DNA of 62,789 nucleotides, filler included, from Basidiobolus ranarum (GCA_040143965.1; 31 parts of 31 records of this genome joined end to end with filler, not necessarily neighbours in it), one strand, 5' to 3'. Counted from the first letter of the whole stretch, positions 1 through 13,734 are shown. The notes: generated by a model from the letters alone, not told the origin. Translations and numbers: made by a program.

Positions 1-639
1 AAGCACCCTCAGTAGTGTCACACTACAAGGACATACAAAAATAGTTAAAGTGCTTGAGGAGTATTTTCAAAATTATGAAGGGAAAGACGCAGGGCAAGTA
101 TGCAGAAAATGGCTTCAGAAGAAAAAGATTCAACTTGACATTCAGTCTGGTGTTGACCGTGCAGATATCTGGGAAGAACTTAATACAGAGTGGCACAATA
201 TTGCAGGGTATCTGCCAGATAGCTGGAAGAATGTTGATTCAGCAACGTTAATACAATGGTGGGCTTGGATGGAGATATTGACACAAACTTGTGTTAGGTA
301 TGAGCTAAACCTTGGGTATGAAGAACTCTATAAAAATATTCAGGAGAATATATCAAAGAGACTAGGGATTTCAAAGGTGACAAATTAGCATTCAAGTGGT
401 AATTGTGTAAAATTTGAGTTACATTTTTTGCACATGTGTTGATCCATAGTTCTCTGAGATTTTAGCCAATCATTTGCAACTATTTTGCAAGATCTTGAAA
501 TTTCACTCCTAAAACTAAAAAAATTGATTAAAATCAAATCAAATTGACAATTTTATGCCAGTAAGTAAATGGTCAATCCCAAACGGATTAAAATTGTGAT
601 GGTTTTCCTACAATAACAATCCTCAAATATCTGTGAGGG
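1..639 (+). mobile_element. CMC/EnSpm-like DNA transposon: ORF2 C-terminus (stop at 388) and terminus B
   Basis: Near-identical to 20351-20831 and to the reverse complement of 56139-56724. Ends in TCTGTGAGGG (variant of rc CCCTAACAGA) at a sharp junction with Copia integrase sequence. Confidence 0.8.
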
Positions 640-1582
640 TGTAGCTGATAAAATAGCTTGATCCCAATAGGTCTTAGGCAGATCTGAATCAATCAGCATT
701 GTACATGCTTTCTCTACTAAAGTCCTATTTGTCCTCTCTGCAACTCCATTTTGTTCCGCACTAGATGGAATCATAAGTTGCTGCTGAATTCCCATTTCTT
801 GACAAAAGCACATGGCTTTATTGCTAAATTCAGTTCCATTATCACTGCATAGGTATTTGATCCAATAAATCTTTTGCTTTGCTACCTTTGTTTTTGGAAA
901 TGGTTTTCTGGTAATTTTTCCTGGAATGCAGTTGTCACATTTAGAAATTTCTGAGGGCTTAAGTTCCACTCCAGTATATAGGCTATTTTTATAAAATAGT
1001 GTCATAATAATTTAAATGACCCAAGTTATAATGCCAGGTCATCAAGTTTCCAAAAGTAATTGTTGCAAAGTTAGAAACAATCTCAGTTATGAGTGCAATA
1101 GACGGGAGTTATAGATTTACAACTTTTGTTTAGTTGCTGCTTTCAAGTTCTTGAATTTGTATATGGTAGCATTTCTTGTGCTAAATGTGAAATCATAGTG
1201 TTTCTTTTCAACTGCATCAATTGAGAAAGATTTGTGGTAAATGATTGAATATATATGCCATTGTCTAAGGTTACCATTACACTTCTGCTTTACTTATTTG
1301 TAAGACAAGTGTCATCTCTCCCATTCCACATACAACCAGCTTGTTTCTTCAAGCTGCCATGTTGTCCAGAGATTCTATTTCCTCATAGACATGCATTAAG
1401 TTTCTATTGTGACACATATGTTCACTTGCACCAGAATCCAGAATCCATACATTGGCAGAGTCATTTCCTGAGTTTGACATAGACAAAAGTACATATTGTC
1501 CATTTCCTCTATCAGTGGTGCTATATGCTTCCTTTTTCTTTGAAAGTCATTTCTTCTTTGTATTGCTCCAACATGCATTGTG
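640..1582 (-). mobile_element. Degenerate Ty1/Copia gag-pol fragment (protease, GAG-pre-integrase, integrase core with internal deletion)
   Basis: WILDSGASEHM protease motif, CDNCIPGK, SDNGTEF and QNGVAERTNRTL integrase motifs. Homologous to 53419-54701. Confidence 0.85.
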
Positions 1583-1937
1583 TGTCATGATGTTGATCTT
1601 GGCATACTCATACACAGCATATGGAACCTTTCTATTATTGCATTATGACATTATATCTGCTGTGCCATCCTTTCTGGGTGCTCTTGTGCTAGTTCCTCCA
1701 GGTTACCTCAGATAGAGATCATGTTCTTTGGATCCATCCATGAAACCTTACCAATCATGTTGTCCCATATATGGTGCATTTCCACTAAGACCTGCTATAG
1801 AAGGTCACCTGATCATCCTTACATGATTGCCCTTTGTATCAGTCCTGGTAGTTGTCAACACCCAAACACTTGAACTTGCCACAGAATATGCCCTATTCAG
1901 TATATTTTGTTTCACCCTGTAATATCAATATAAGCTT
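1583..1937 (+). repeat. LTR family C (TGTCATGA...), partial
   Basis: Starts TGTCATGA and interrupts Copia sequence. Homologous copies at 52779-52944 (-), 58533-58746 and 57708-57925. Confidence 0.65.
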
Positions 1938-2037
1938 NNNNNNNNNNNNNNNNNNNNNNNNNNNNNNNNNNNNNNNNNNNNTTAATTAATTAANNNNNNN
2001 NNNNNNNNNNNNNNNNNNNNNNNNNNNNNNNNNNNNN
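1938..2037. other. Artificial contig linker N44-TTAATTAATTAA-N44 (first of 30, recurring about every 2.03 kb)
   Basis: Identical 100-nt spacer each time, with stops in all six frames. Contig lengths decrease monotonically from about 1937 to about 1921. Confidence 0.98.
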
Positions 2038-2696
2038 ATATGCATTAATATTGTTTTAGCCATAGGGTAATCTATTCCAGCAATGACACATCTACTTGCG
2101 GCAGGACATTTGTTGACTGCAAGTTGGGGATATTTTGGCAGAAATCTCGGTGGAAATTTGCCAAAATTCAAGAGCTTATTCTCATTGCAAACAGTAAAAA
2201 GAGTCAGCTATTTGCCACACGTCAGTGCTGTTCAAAGTTTCAGATGTTTGGCAATTTTTCTACCATCAGTTTGCTGGTAAAGTATATTGATGCTGTTTAG
2301 TTTTGTTGGATCAGTCAAGGTGTGCACATGTAGAGACTAAGCACAACAAGATTCTTGTATTTTTTGATTCCCATAATTACTAGAATACAAAGCCTAAAAT
2401 ATCTAAATAAAGGCATGCATATTAATTTAAATTGCTACAGTAATAAACCCAGTAATTTGCCATTTGAAAATTACATTTTTACAACAATTGCCTGACAGTA
2501 AATAATGTATGCCAAATATGTTGATCAATATTTTAACATTTATGGATACCATCAAAATACCTTCAAGAAGCAGCCATCACACCATGAAAATTCCTGGCTG
2601 AATGCAAGCTACCAATATTGTGACAGCTCACTGATGCTATTACAATCCAGAAGAGTGTATCTAATTTAGATCAAATCAATTTTATTTTTGTCTGGG
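2038..2696 (+). mobile_element. CMC-like transposon 3' end with degenerate terminus A
   Basis: Homologous to 15130-15784. Ends TTTATTTTTGTCTGGG. Confidence 0.8.
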
Positions 2697-4073
2697 AAAT
2701 GTATTAAGCAAGTTATTTGCAATACCATATTACATAGAGACTAGGCCAACCACTCATCAATGATATCATCAAGAGAGTTCATGTAAGCCAGATATTCAAA
2801 TACATGGAAATGAGTCCTATAACAAAATAAGCCATTGTATCTACCAAGTAGTTACTGTAAACTTTATCATGCTAAGAGATGACAAGAAAGTAGAAGTTGG
2901 GGAGTGTAAGGAGGCAAAAAGGCTTAGGCTAGGATGACAAACTCACCTATAGTTTAGTATTAAGAAGGCTAATTTGCATAGAGTTTAAAACTCATTTCAA
3001 AGGTTTTATCATTAAACATAATGGATGATCACAATTCAAAACTCATACCCAATATTGACAAGAAAAACAAGATTGCCAAGTAAATGAGATAGTAAATCTA
3101 TGTTTTTAAGGGTAAGGTGAGGTTTGTCCTATTACCCATTGCATGCATGCAAAGAAGCTCATTGATTTATAAATAAGGTGCTGCAATATCATTCTATTCT
3201 CAGGTTACATTCATTTGACATTGAAGTTGCTAATATCCCAGATCTTTGGTCATGAAAGTGAGAAAAATGTTCATCCAATCACTGTAGCAACCAAGGTTGA
3301 TTTTGTGAAACCTGTTGCATCTTTGGATTGTATTATTGTGCTCAATCACTGGCACTGTGGCACTACCACCAATGCAAGGACTTCCAAACAGACCAAAAAA
3401 GAATGTAATCCTTATGGGAATGTTGTCATCAACCACTTTCTGCTGATGCCAGCTGCAGTGTTAACTCAGTTCTGCAGTGCTTCACTTTATGCAATGAATT
3501 GACTTGTGTTCTGAGAAAAAAATTGATTTTGTCATATCTGTATCTGAAAATGTCTTATATATATATCCAAGCTTTTTCAAAACCCTCTAAAATCCTTTAA
3601 ACACCTTTGTGAATTTATAAGTGGTGTTTACTCTAGTGTATATGAATTTCAAGTCTAATGAGGACTTATCAACACAATCTACCAAGGACAAAGAAGAAAT
3701 GGCTATTCTGTCATCCAAAGGCATTGTTGGAAATTCAATATATTGAAACATTGCAACATGACCTGATGTTGCATGTGCCAAAGGAGATGTTAGTCAAAAC
3801 TTTCCTAAACATGGAATAACCCACTGCACTGCCATTAAAGTATAACATGATATTTATCAGGAACTGTTGGATAATTAATCTTTATTCAACATCATAGTTA
3901 ACTTTAGTTATGATACATATATCAGAAACAGAAAGCAACGTATCTATAGCCCCTATATTCTAAATAGGAATATNNNNNNNNNNNNNNNNNNNNNNNNNNN
4001 NNNNNNNNNNNNNNNNNTTAATTAATTAANNNNNNNNNNNNNNNNNNNNNNNNNNNNNNNNNNNNNNNNNNNN

Positions 4074-4595
4074 AATCGTCGCCACAGACAACGTCGCGGT
4101 CCCCTTGTTGTATATAATGAAGATAATGGTATTGTTCGTGCTTTCGGTAATCTCCCTGGTGTTGAATTGGTGAATGTTCGTCGTCTCAATCGTCTTCTAT
4201 TGGCTCCTGGTGCTCATCTTGGGCGTTTCATCATCTGGACTCAGGGCGCTTTTGAGCTCTTAGATAGCCTCTATGGTACTTATAAGAGATCTTCGACCTT
4301 AAAGAAAAACTACGACCTTCCCACACATATTATCTCTAATCCTGATGTCACCCGTATCATTAACTCCGATGAAATTCAATCAGTGTGTCGTGTTGCTGGC
4401 ACCAAGCATCAAAAGCGCTCTATTGCTCAAAAGAAGAACCCTCTTCGTAACACCGGTGTCATGCTTCGATTGAATCCCTACTCCAAGGTTGTAAAACGTG
4501 CTGAGATCCTCGGTAAGAACAAGAGATCCAAGGATGTTAAGAAGATCCACAATCCTACAAGCAAGAAATTCTTAGAAACTCTTAATACTGAATAA
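4074..4595 (+). CDS. RPL4: 60S ribosomal protein L4 (uL4), C-terminal part, 5'-truncated by contig edge
   Basis: [28 protein letters not shown] and [10 protein letters not shown]...KKNPLRN...LRLNPY motifs typical of eukaryotic uL4. Confidence 0.95.
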   Translation, partial: NRRHRQRRGPLVVYNEDNGIVRAFGNLPGVELVNVRRLNRLLLAPGAHLGRFIIWTQGAFELLDSLYGTYKRSSTLKKNYDLPTHIISNPDVTRIINSDEIQSVCRVAGTKHQKRSIAQKKNPLRNTGVMLRLNPYSKVVKRAEILGKNKRSKDVKKIHNPTSKKFLETLNTE

Positions 4596-5611
4596 GTTTC
4601 TAGTAAATAAGTTCTTCACCCTTAGATATTCCATACATTCTTCAATAAAATAACGAAGAATATAATACAAACTTATGAATGTTTTGGATTTTAAACTCAC
4701 CAATGAGCCTACATACCATTGTGGTTTTTTTCATGGTGTGAGAATTCACTTAATTCACTTTACTACGCATTGCGGGTTATTCAATAGGTTGAACTTATTC
4801 ATTCAATTGATTTGTTTGTAAAAGTCGAACTGATCCATTTGAGCAATATATAAATATTTACATCTCCTTAACCCCTCTTTCACAAAGTCAGGGGCACGGG
4901 GTTATGTTGAGTTTGTTTCAATTGGCAAATCATCCCGAATATTTCTCAGTAATAAACTGGATATTTGGCCACTGCTTAAGAATTCACGTTATCTTCAGGC
5001 AGACGAACGCCAACGACATATCGTGCATGTCCTATTGATTTATGACAAAATTCAGGAGTAAGGAAGGAGATATAATCAGGGTAAGAAAGTGGTGAAATGT
5101 GAGACAAAATCTGCTTGATTCCCTAATTGTAAATGGCTTGTTCAAATATATATACATGCGCCTAGGCTTATTTCAAATCCATGTATTTTAGTAAAAGAAA
5201 TAGAACCTACGCCTCCTCTAAACAATGGTATTACTTGTACGCAACATGGCATGTTTCCATTTTGATGCGTATTGTATCCATACTTGAATATACATCTATA
5301 TTCAAGTCATCGTTCACCTATAATGACTGATATACGTAAGTTGAGAGCAAGATCATGCGTTGAAACATCACCCAGAAACTTCTCGATCTCTATCATACTC
5401 TAGGAATCAAGTAATTCAGAGTCATCCAATCTCCGGATTGACTATAAATAAGAGGATGCGCTTACTACTATATGACATTAGATAAACTTCTTATCTATAC
5501 TCTGAGCCTTCTAACAAATAACAGAGCATCTTCTCTCTTTTAAAGTTCCTTTTGGCTTCAACTCAAAAATATTGAAAGAGTCTTACCAATTTTTATCTTC
5601 TTATACTAAGT

Positions 5612-6009
5612 ATGAAGTTCTCAGCAGGAAAACTTTTGTTCGTTCTCTCTGGTATTGCAGCAATTAATGCCGCTGTATATGACGCTGGGTCCGGCGGTAG
5701 CGGCTCCGGTGGTAATGGTGAAGGTCTTAGTGCCTACGATATTAAAGACCATGTAGGTAGCGGTGCTGGTGGCAACGGCGGAGGATCAAGTGGAAATGGG
5801 GGAGGATCTGGTGGTAATGGCGGTGGAGCAGGAGCATATGACACTGGAGCCGGCGGCAATGGAAATGGTGCTGGTGGTAACGGTGTAGGATCTGGTGGTA
5901 ATGGCTGAGGAGCTGGAGCATCTGGCACTGGTGGAGGCGGTTTTGGAAATGGTGGAGGTGCTGGCGGATATGTAACTGGGGCCGGCGGCAATGGAAATGG
6001 TGCTGGTGG
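5612..6009 (+). CDS. Secreted glycine-rich repeat protein, with in-frame TGA at 5906-5908 and Gly-rich reading continuing to the contig end
   Basis: Signal-peptide-like MKFSAGKLLFVLSGIAAINA, then GGNG/GAG repeats. TATAAA near 5443. Confidence 0.7.
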
Positions 6010-6109
6010 NNNNNNNNNNNNNNNNNNNNNNNNNNNNNNNNNNNNNNNNNNNNTTAATTAATTAANNNNNNNNNNNNNNNNNNNNNNNNNNNNNNNNNNN
6101 NNNNNNNNN

Positions 6110-6582
6110 TGTAAGAAAACCAATAAACACCTGGTAGCTATGATTGGATTGAACTCTCCACTCCTCAATAATCAAAGCTGCTACCTCTACATTAAGTGTT
6201 ACAAGTGGACTAATGTTTGCCACTAACATAGAGTCTGTAACAAAACCATTGTCAGCAAGTCCCCAAAGCTGTCTGGACTGATTTGTTCAACCAAAGTTTC
6301 ATTTCTACCTACATCACTCTTGTCATATAACTCTGGTATCTTTTGACTTTTGGCAGTGTTACCAAAACTTTGCGGCAAAGTACAGTCAGTGGACTCAATG
6401 GCCAAAACTGAAGTTGATTTAGTGCACTTATTACTGTTGTATTACACCTGGTGATGTGCAGCTGGTGGCCTTGTACAGTGACTGTGCTTGTGATGATTTG
6501 TTCTATGAAACCTCTGGCTTTCATAGCACAAGAATTTGCGACAATGATAGCAGGGCTTCTTTAAACATTTGTGTTGTAGCAT
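6110..6582 (-). pseudogene. CMC-like transposase 5' region
   Basis: Reverse complement matches 21195-21720 and 50029-50550 (CxxC-containing N-terminus, AALIIEEWRVQSNL). Confidence 0.75.
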
Positions 6583-6794
6583 GAAAAGGATATTTTAGAA
6601 AAAAGAACATCTCCTTTGTAAGGTTGGTATTTTAGGGGTAGCCCATTGATATCATCAGCTGATTCTAAGAAGGTGTTACAGATGAGTCATTGGGGGACTT
6701 ACAAGATATTTCCGGTAATGGATGGCAATTTTGGATTATTACAAGCTGTTTCTAAGCAATTTCATTACATCAAGTGTACCATCTGAAAGTTACA

Positions 6795-8045
6795 ATGCCA
6801 TTCAAAAAGCATTCAAATTCTAAATCAAAACCAGCTTCCAAGCCAAAGCCTGCTGGCATGAAAGGAAAAACCCAGCAAGAATAGAGAACTGAATTGATGA
6901 GAAGTCTAGCAATCAGAAATTCACCATAGTAAGCAGTCTAGCAATCCACTATCCACTTTGTAAGGCATTAACACGCTGGAGACTGACTCAAGTAATGATG
7001 AGGCATTAATCTATTTACCAGATATGTTCCTTTCCAGCAATAGTGCAAGTGAAGAGAGTGTAATCCCCCAATTACATAGTAAATCAATAGTGGAACTAAG
7101 TTCAACCAAAACACCATCAAGACCATCAACTTCCAAAATGGCTACTTTGTCCACTATTGAACAACCCTCTGTAGAAAATTTGGATAGAATTAATTACAAC
7201 AAGGGAATTGCAGGCAGAACACCATAATGATTTTTATGCAATCATAAGTAAAAACTATGAAGTTGCTATCCAGGCCATGACAAGCAATAAGGCCGCAATA
7301 TTGCAATTAATGCAGTGTTTAGAAGCAACTAGTCAACAGTTAGAGAGTCACTCAACAATGATAAAAGACCTTCAGAATGCTATACTTGAGCTACAGCAAC
7401 ATGCTGCTCCCTCCATCCATTCTCATATGGGATTTCAATCAATCTCACACCATATATACAAACATCACCATGACAATCTGCAGAGCAGAATATGTGTCCT
7501 ACTATTAAGCCTACACAACAACCCAAAATTGCTTGGGCACATGAAAGTAGTTATCTCATAGGAAAACTAGCAAACCAAAAGACTCTGAAAGTCAGAGCTG
7601 CCATCACTTGCTCTGATGATGAGTGGTATAACATTTTGGAAACTGTGTGGAATCCTGTCCAAAATCACCTGGATTTGAGCCAATTGTGGAAAAACCAGGC
7701 GTTACTCTGAAAGTCTTTGACTTATTTCATGTGGCGTATCCTGGGTTTTTGCAAGCAAATGGCAATTGGGCTAGTATAGGCCTATTCATGAAACATGCCC
7801 AAAATTTATGCATTTATTAACTTGGAAAAGCAAGAAAAGCAGCTAAAGAAGTACTGAAGGAGCAGGCAGTTAGTAAAATTAAGGGAAAAGCAAAGGAGCC
7901 AGTGAGTTTAGGCTCTACTGTCCCACTTACCAAATTCTTTACACCATTACAAAGATCTGCATTTCCAGAGTCAGATATACTGGCAAAAAAGCTTAATTTC
8001 ACCATGGAACTGGGTACACCAGTTGGAAGAGTGCTAAATTTGGAA
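6795..8045 (+). pseudogene. CMC-like transposon ORF2 (MPFKK...), frameshifted
   Basis: The same basic N-terminus is at 20982 (-) and 49880 (-). The middle part is homologous to 50756-51290. Confidence 0.7.
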
Positions 8046-9287
8046 NNNNNNNNNNNNNNNNNNNNNNNNNNNNNNNNNNNNNNNNNNNNTTAATTAATTA
8101 ANNNNNNNNNNNNNNNNNNNNNNNNNNNNNNNNNNNNNNNNNNNNTAATTAAACTACTTTCATGTCCAAATGGTTGTTTGGCTTTCACTGGTGATCTGAA
8201 AAACCTGAAGTCATGTACTGTTTGCACACAATTGGCAATCACTGAATCAGGTAAATATTGTTCTTATTCAGCTTACATACCATTGATTCCCCATCTTAAA
8301 GTTTTTGATGAAATCACCCAAATAAAGATCCTTGATCCAATACCAAAGTACTCACCATCAATCTGATGGTATTCCCAATATACTTGATGGATATCCTTAC
8401 CAGAATCTGAAAAGTCAAGGTTTCTTTGAGAACATGTATGATCATGCATTTGCATTAGCTCTGGATGGTTTCTTGCTAAACAAATATACCATTGGAAAGG
8501 CTTGCTGACTAATAACTTTAATAAACTTAAATCTTCCACCTTCTGAATGGTATAAGAGTCATGATGTTTTGATACTATCCATCATAACTGGACCTAAATC
8601 ACCAGTGCTTATAGATAGCTTCTTGGAGCCTTTGATTAAGAATTTGAATGATTATCAAATGGGGTTCAGGTGGGTGAATATTTTGTTAAAGCTAATATCA
8701 TTGTATGTATTGGTGACACTCCTGACATCAGTAAACTGGAGCTTTTTGCAGGCACAATGCACCATCTTGCTGTAGATTTTGTCAAATCAATGGGGTCTAC
8801 CTAATCAGGCATATGCATTACTACTATTCAATTACAAAACTAAGCTCCATGTTTCTACCATCAAGAGCCCAGTCAGATTTCAACATGATCACTAATATCA
8901 ATTCATGAAATAGTCAGTCCAACATCAAACTTGGTATCAGCCATAGGTCTAAGATTATATTGCTAAAGGGGATCAGCTGGAGCCAGATCTTCCCACTAGG
9001 CACTATGCATTTAATATTCAACAACATTTCAATACTACTTACTCAGCCATATGATGGAAAACTCAATACAAAAGAGCCATTCAAGATAGGATCAAAGTTT
9101 GAATCAATTTGTAAAATGCTTGTAAACATCAAGATACCATCATAATTTACCAGGACTTGCATCAATTTCCACTCTTCTTGGCATTTATTCAAATGCAAAG
9201 ACTGGAAGTATTGGATTTGTATATATTCAAGTGGAATTTTGAAGAGATTTCTGCATGATAAGTAATGGCAACATTGCAAGTTGTTTG

Positions 9288-9570
9288 TGTTGAAAATCTG
9301 GTGACTTGTGGTACAAGCAGTAATTCCCAAAGAGGAAAGTATGGAGTATGGTGACTGCATCTGAACACAAAGTCTAAGGCAAATCAGTAGCTTGTATAGC
9401 TAAAATGCCAAAAGTACCATACATTGACAGACTAGGTTAAGGTTCCCTAGCAATATATGCATAGCATACAAGGACTGGTAGCTCAGTGGTTAGAGCACCT
9501 TGATAGAGTGAAGGAGGTCCCAGGTTCAAATCCTGGCCAGACCAATATTTCTCCCTAAACAATTTCAATA
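9288..9570. mobile_element. 283-bp solo-LTR-like insertion containing a tRNA-like sequence
   Basis: Ends are TGTTGAAA...TTTCAATA (TTTCAACA in the copy ending at 24458). Flanked by 5-bp TSD GTTTG (9283-9287, 9571-9575). Removing it restores the transposase sequence. Confidence 0.85.
9472..9544 (+). tRNA. tRNA-like (pseudo)gene inside the repeat; isotype uncertain (loop ATAGAGT)
   Basis: Acceptor stem GGACTGG/CCAGACC (1 mismatch), D stem GCTC/GAGC, anticodon stem CCTTG/GAAGG (1 mismatch), T stem CCAGG/CCTGG with TTCAAAT loop. A box TAGCTCAGTGG, B box GGTTCAAATCC. Confidence 0.8.
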
Positions 9571-10180
9571 GTTTGTTGATAATGTTAATAAGTTCTTATG
9601 GCATCAACTCACATTGGCAGATCTCAGGCAGATACAGTGACTGTGCAAAGATTTTGTAATTGGATATGAGAAACTTTATTACAAATTTAAAAAAGATAGA
9701 CTGAATCTATGCCGGTATTTAATACATTCCCTGCTGCATCTTTCACAATGTTTAGAGATTATAGGCCTTTCTACACATTCTGGGAGTTCCCAATGGAGTG
9801 CACCTGAGGTGAAATGATGCTCTGTGTGAAATTGTTGGTATGACCATATACTAATCTGATTAATCAGGTATCAGCAAAATCAGTGACAGATGTAATGCAA
9901 TTGGTTAAAGAGACTCCAGAGTATATTAACCTTCCAACAAAGGGCTCTTTTTAATGTGCCCATGGGTTCTCATATTGTTTGAGCACAATAACGGCAACAA
10001 AGCCCAATCCATGGACATAGAGTAAGTACCTCTATAATTTGGACTAATTTGTTTGTGTAATAATCTGATGGTATATCTAGNNNNNNNNNNNNNNNNNNNN
10101 NNNNNNNNNNNNNNNNNNNNNNNNTTAATTAATTAANNNNNNNNNNNNNNNNNNNNNNNNNNNNNNNNNNNNNNNNNNNN

Positions 10181-12115
10181 CAAGCTCTGAAGAAGAACAT
10201 AATATTCATGTTTCCCAAGTTGTAGAAAAGTTGAAAACCTCTGGTCTCTATGCTAAACTTGAGAAATGTGAATTTGACCAAGCTCAAGTTGAATTCCTTG
10301 GATATAACATTGGCCCATCAGGCATTTGCATGGACCCTAAAAAAGTTGAATATGTTCTGTATTGAGATACTCCCAAGAATGTGAAGGATGTACATTCTTT
10401 GTTTGGATTTGCAAACTTTTACCAATGGTTTGTCAAGAACTACTCTAAAGATATGCTCCATCAACAAACCTTACCAAGAAAGAACTCCCATTTGACTGGA
10501 ACCCATCTTGCCTACAAGTTTTAGTAACTTCAAAGAATGCTTTGACCTCAGCACCAATCCTACCATGCCCCAAACTATACAAGCCATTTATTGTTGAAAC
10601 TGATGCAACTGACTTTGCTCTATGAGCAGTACTATCACAGTATGATGATGGCAGTTTACTGCACCCTGTTGCTGTTTAATCAAGAAAGTTCTCTCCAGCA
10701 GATATCAACTATGACATCTATGACAAGGGACTGTTGGCAATTATTGCTGCATTTGAACAATGGCAACAATACTTGGATGGAGCAAGTCACACAATCACAG
10801 TCTATTATGATCAAAAGAATCTTCAGTATTTTAGTCAACCAAAGTTCTCTACCACTATCAAGCAAGATGGTCATTGCTTCTTACCAGTTTTGACTTTGTG
10901 ATGAACATTTCAATCAGGTAGCCTGCAAGGAAAACCTGATGCCTTATGATGTAGAGCAGAGTATCAGCCTACAAAAAGGGATGAGTCCTTTATCCAACAA
11001 GCTACTTCTTTGCTGAAGCCTGACAAACTTCAAATTAGTGCAACTGCTCTTTCTCTGCCTATTTCATGCACAGTCTATGAAGACATCTGCAAACTTCAAT
11101 ATGAAGACCCATTGGTAATATCAGTGAAGAAAGCCCAGCATACACCCAAAGACCTCTCAAGCATGAACATGTATTGCCATTTTTCTATCATCAATGAATT
11201 CTTATCTTATAAGAAGCATCTTACATTCCAGACCACACTTCCAGACCCAAAATCATGCAGGAAAGTTATGACTCACCACTTGCAGGACACTTTGGTATTT
11301 CCAAATCTTATATGTTTGCATCCAGCAATTATTGGTGGCCCAAAATGTTTGCATTTGTCAAGACTTATGCTTCCACCAGTGATCATTGTGCTTGAGTGAA
11401 GACTTCAAGACATCAGCCCTATAGCCTCCCACAGCCACTTCTGATTCCTGCCCAGTGGTGGAAATGCATATCCCTGGATTTCATAACTGATCTACCCTTG
11501 TCTACTAAATATGATTCAATTGTGGCAATTGCTAACCATCTAAGAAAGATGGCCCACTTTGTGCCCTGCAACTAGTCAATTAATGCAAAAAAACAGCAGA
11601 ATTGGTAACTCAACATGTCATCTACCTACATGGACTCCCTGAAGCTATCATCTCTGACCAAGGACCTCAGTTTGCTTCCAAATTTTGGAAAAGCCTTGAC
11701 CAAAACCTTGGGTATGACTGCCAATCTATCCACTGCCTTCTATCCCAAATCTGATGTCCCAACATAAACAGTCAATCAAGTTTTGGAAGAATATTTGTGA
11801 CGTACTATCAACTACAGTCAGAATAATTGGATACAACTCTTACCCCTTGCTGAGTTTGCTTACAACAACTCCTATTATACTTCAACAAGACACACACCTT
11901 TTTTTGCAAATTTTGAATTTCATTGTTGTTTCACAATTCATCCACCATCCAATCTACCTTGCCCTGCTGCCTCAGACCATGCCACTTTCCTTAAGAACAT
12001 CCATAAGCAATTAATATCTAAGTTGGACCATGCTCAATCCCAATACAAGAACTTTGCTGATAAGAAAAGAAAGCCAAGCCCAGATCTCAAGCCAGGAGAG
12101 TATGCATGGCTACTC
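10181..12115 (+). mobile_element. Degenerate Ty3/Gypsy (Tf2-like) pol: RT C-terminus, RNase H, integrase
   Basis: KLEKCEF..VEFLG, VETDATDFA, NYDIYDK.LLAI, GHFG, ISLDFITDLP, IISDQGPQF and EFAYNN motifs, in RT-RH-INT order. Confidence 0.9.
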
Positions 12116-12215
12116 NNNNNNNNNNNNNNNNNNNNNNNNNNNNNNNNNNNNNNNNNNNNTTAATTAATTAANNNNNNNNNNNNNNNNNNNNNNNNNNNNN
12201 NNNNNNNNNNNNNNN

Positions 12216-13734
<1,519 letters not shown>

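Larger units (their letters stand above)
8146..10080 (+). pseudogene. CMC/EnSpm (Transposase_21/Tnp2-like) transposase pseudogene, interrupted at 9288-9570
   Basis: CPNGCLAF..CTVC, ALALDG, LNLPPSE, ITGPKSP..DSFLEPL, GDTP, MHLIFNNI, HSLLHL and WEFPME motifs, with many stops and frameshifts. Confidence 0.85.

Noticed and set aside
1982-1993. Regularly spaced TTAATTAATTAA palindromes resembling a CRISPR-like or periodic array
   Set aside because: Always embedded in N-runs; a synthetic six-frame-stop linker.
5734-5991. Proline-rich minus-strand ORF
   Set aside because: Antisense shadow of the Gly-rich repeat gene.
9472-9544. Ordinary functional tRNA-Ser(AGA) gene or classical tRNA-SINE
   Set aside because: Stem mismatches, no long variable arm and no T4 terminator. 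It lies inside a TSD-flanked TG...CA repeat, not at its 5' end, and there is no tail.
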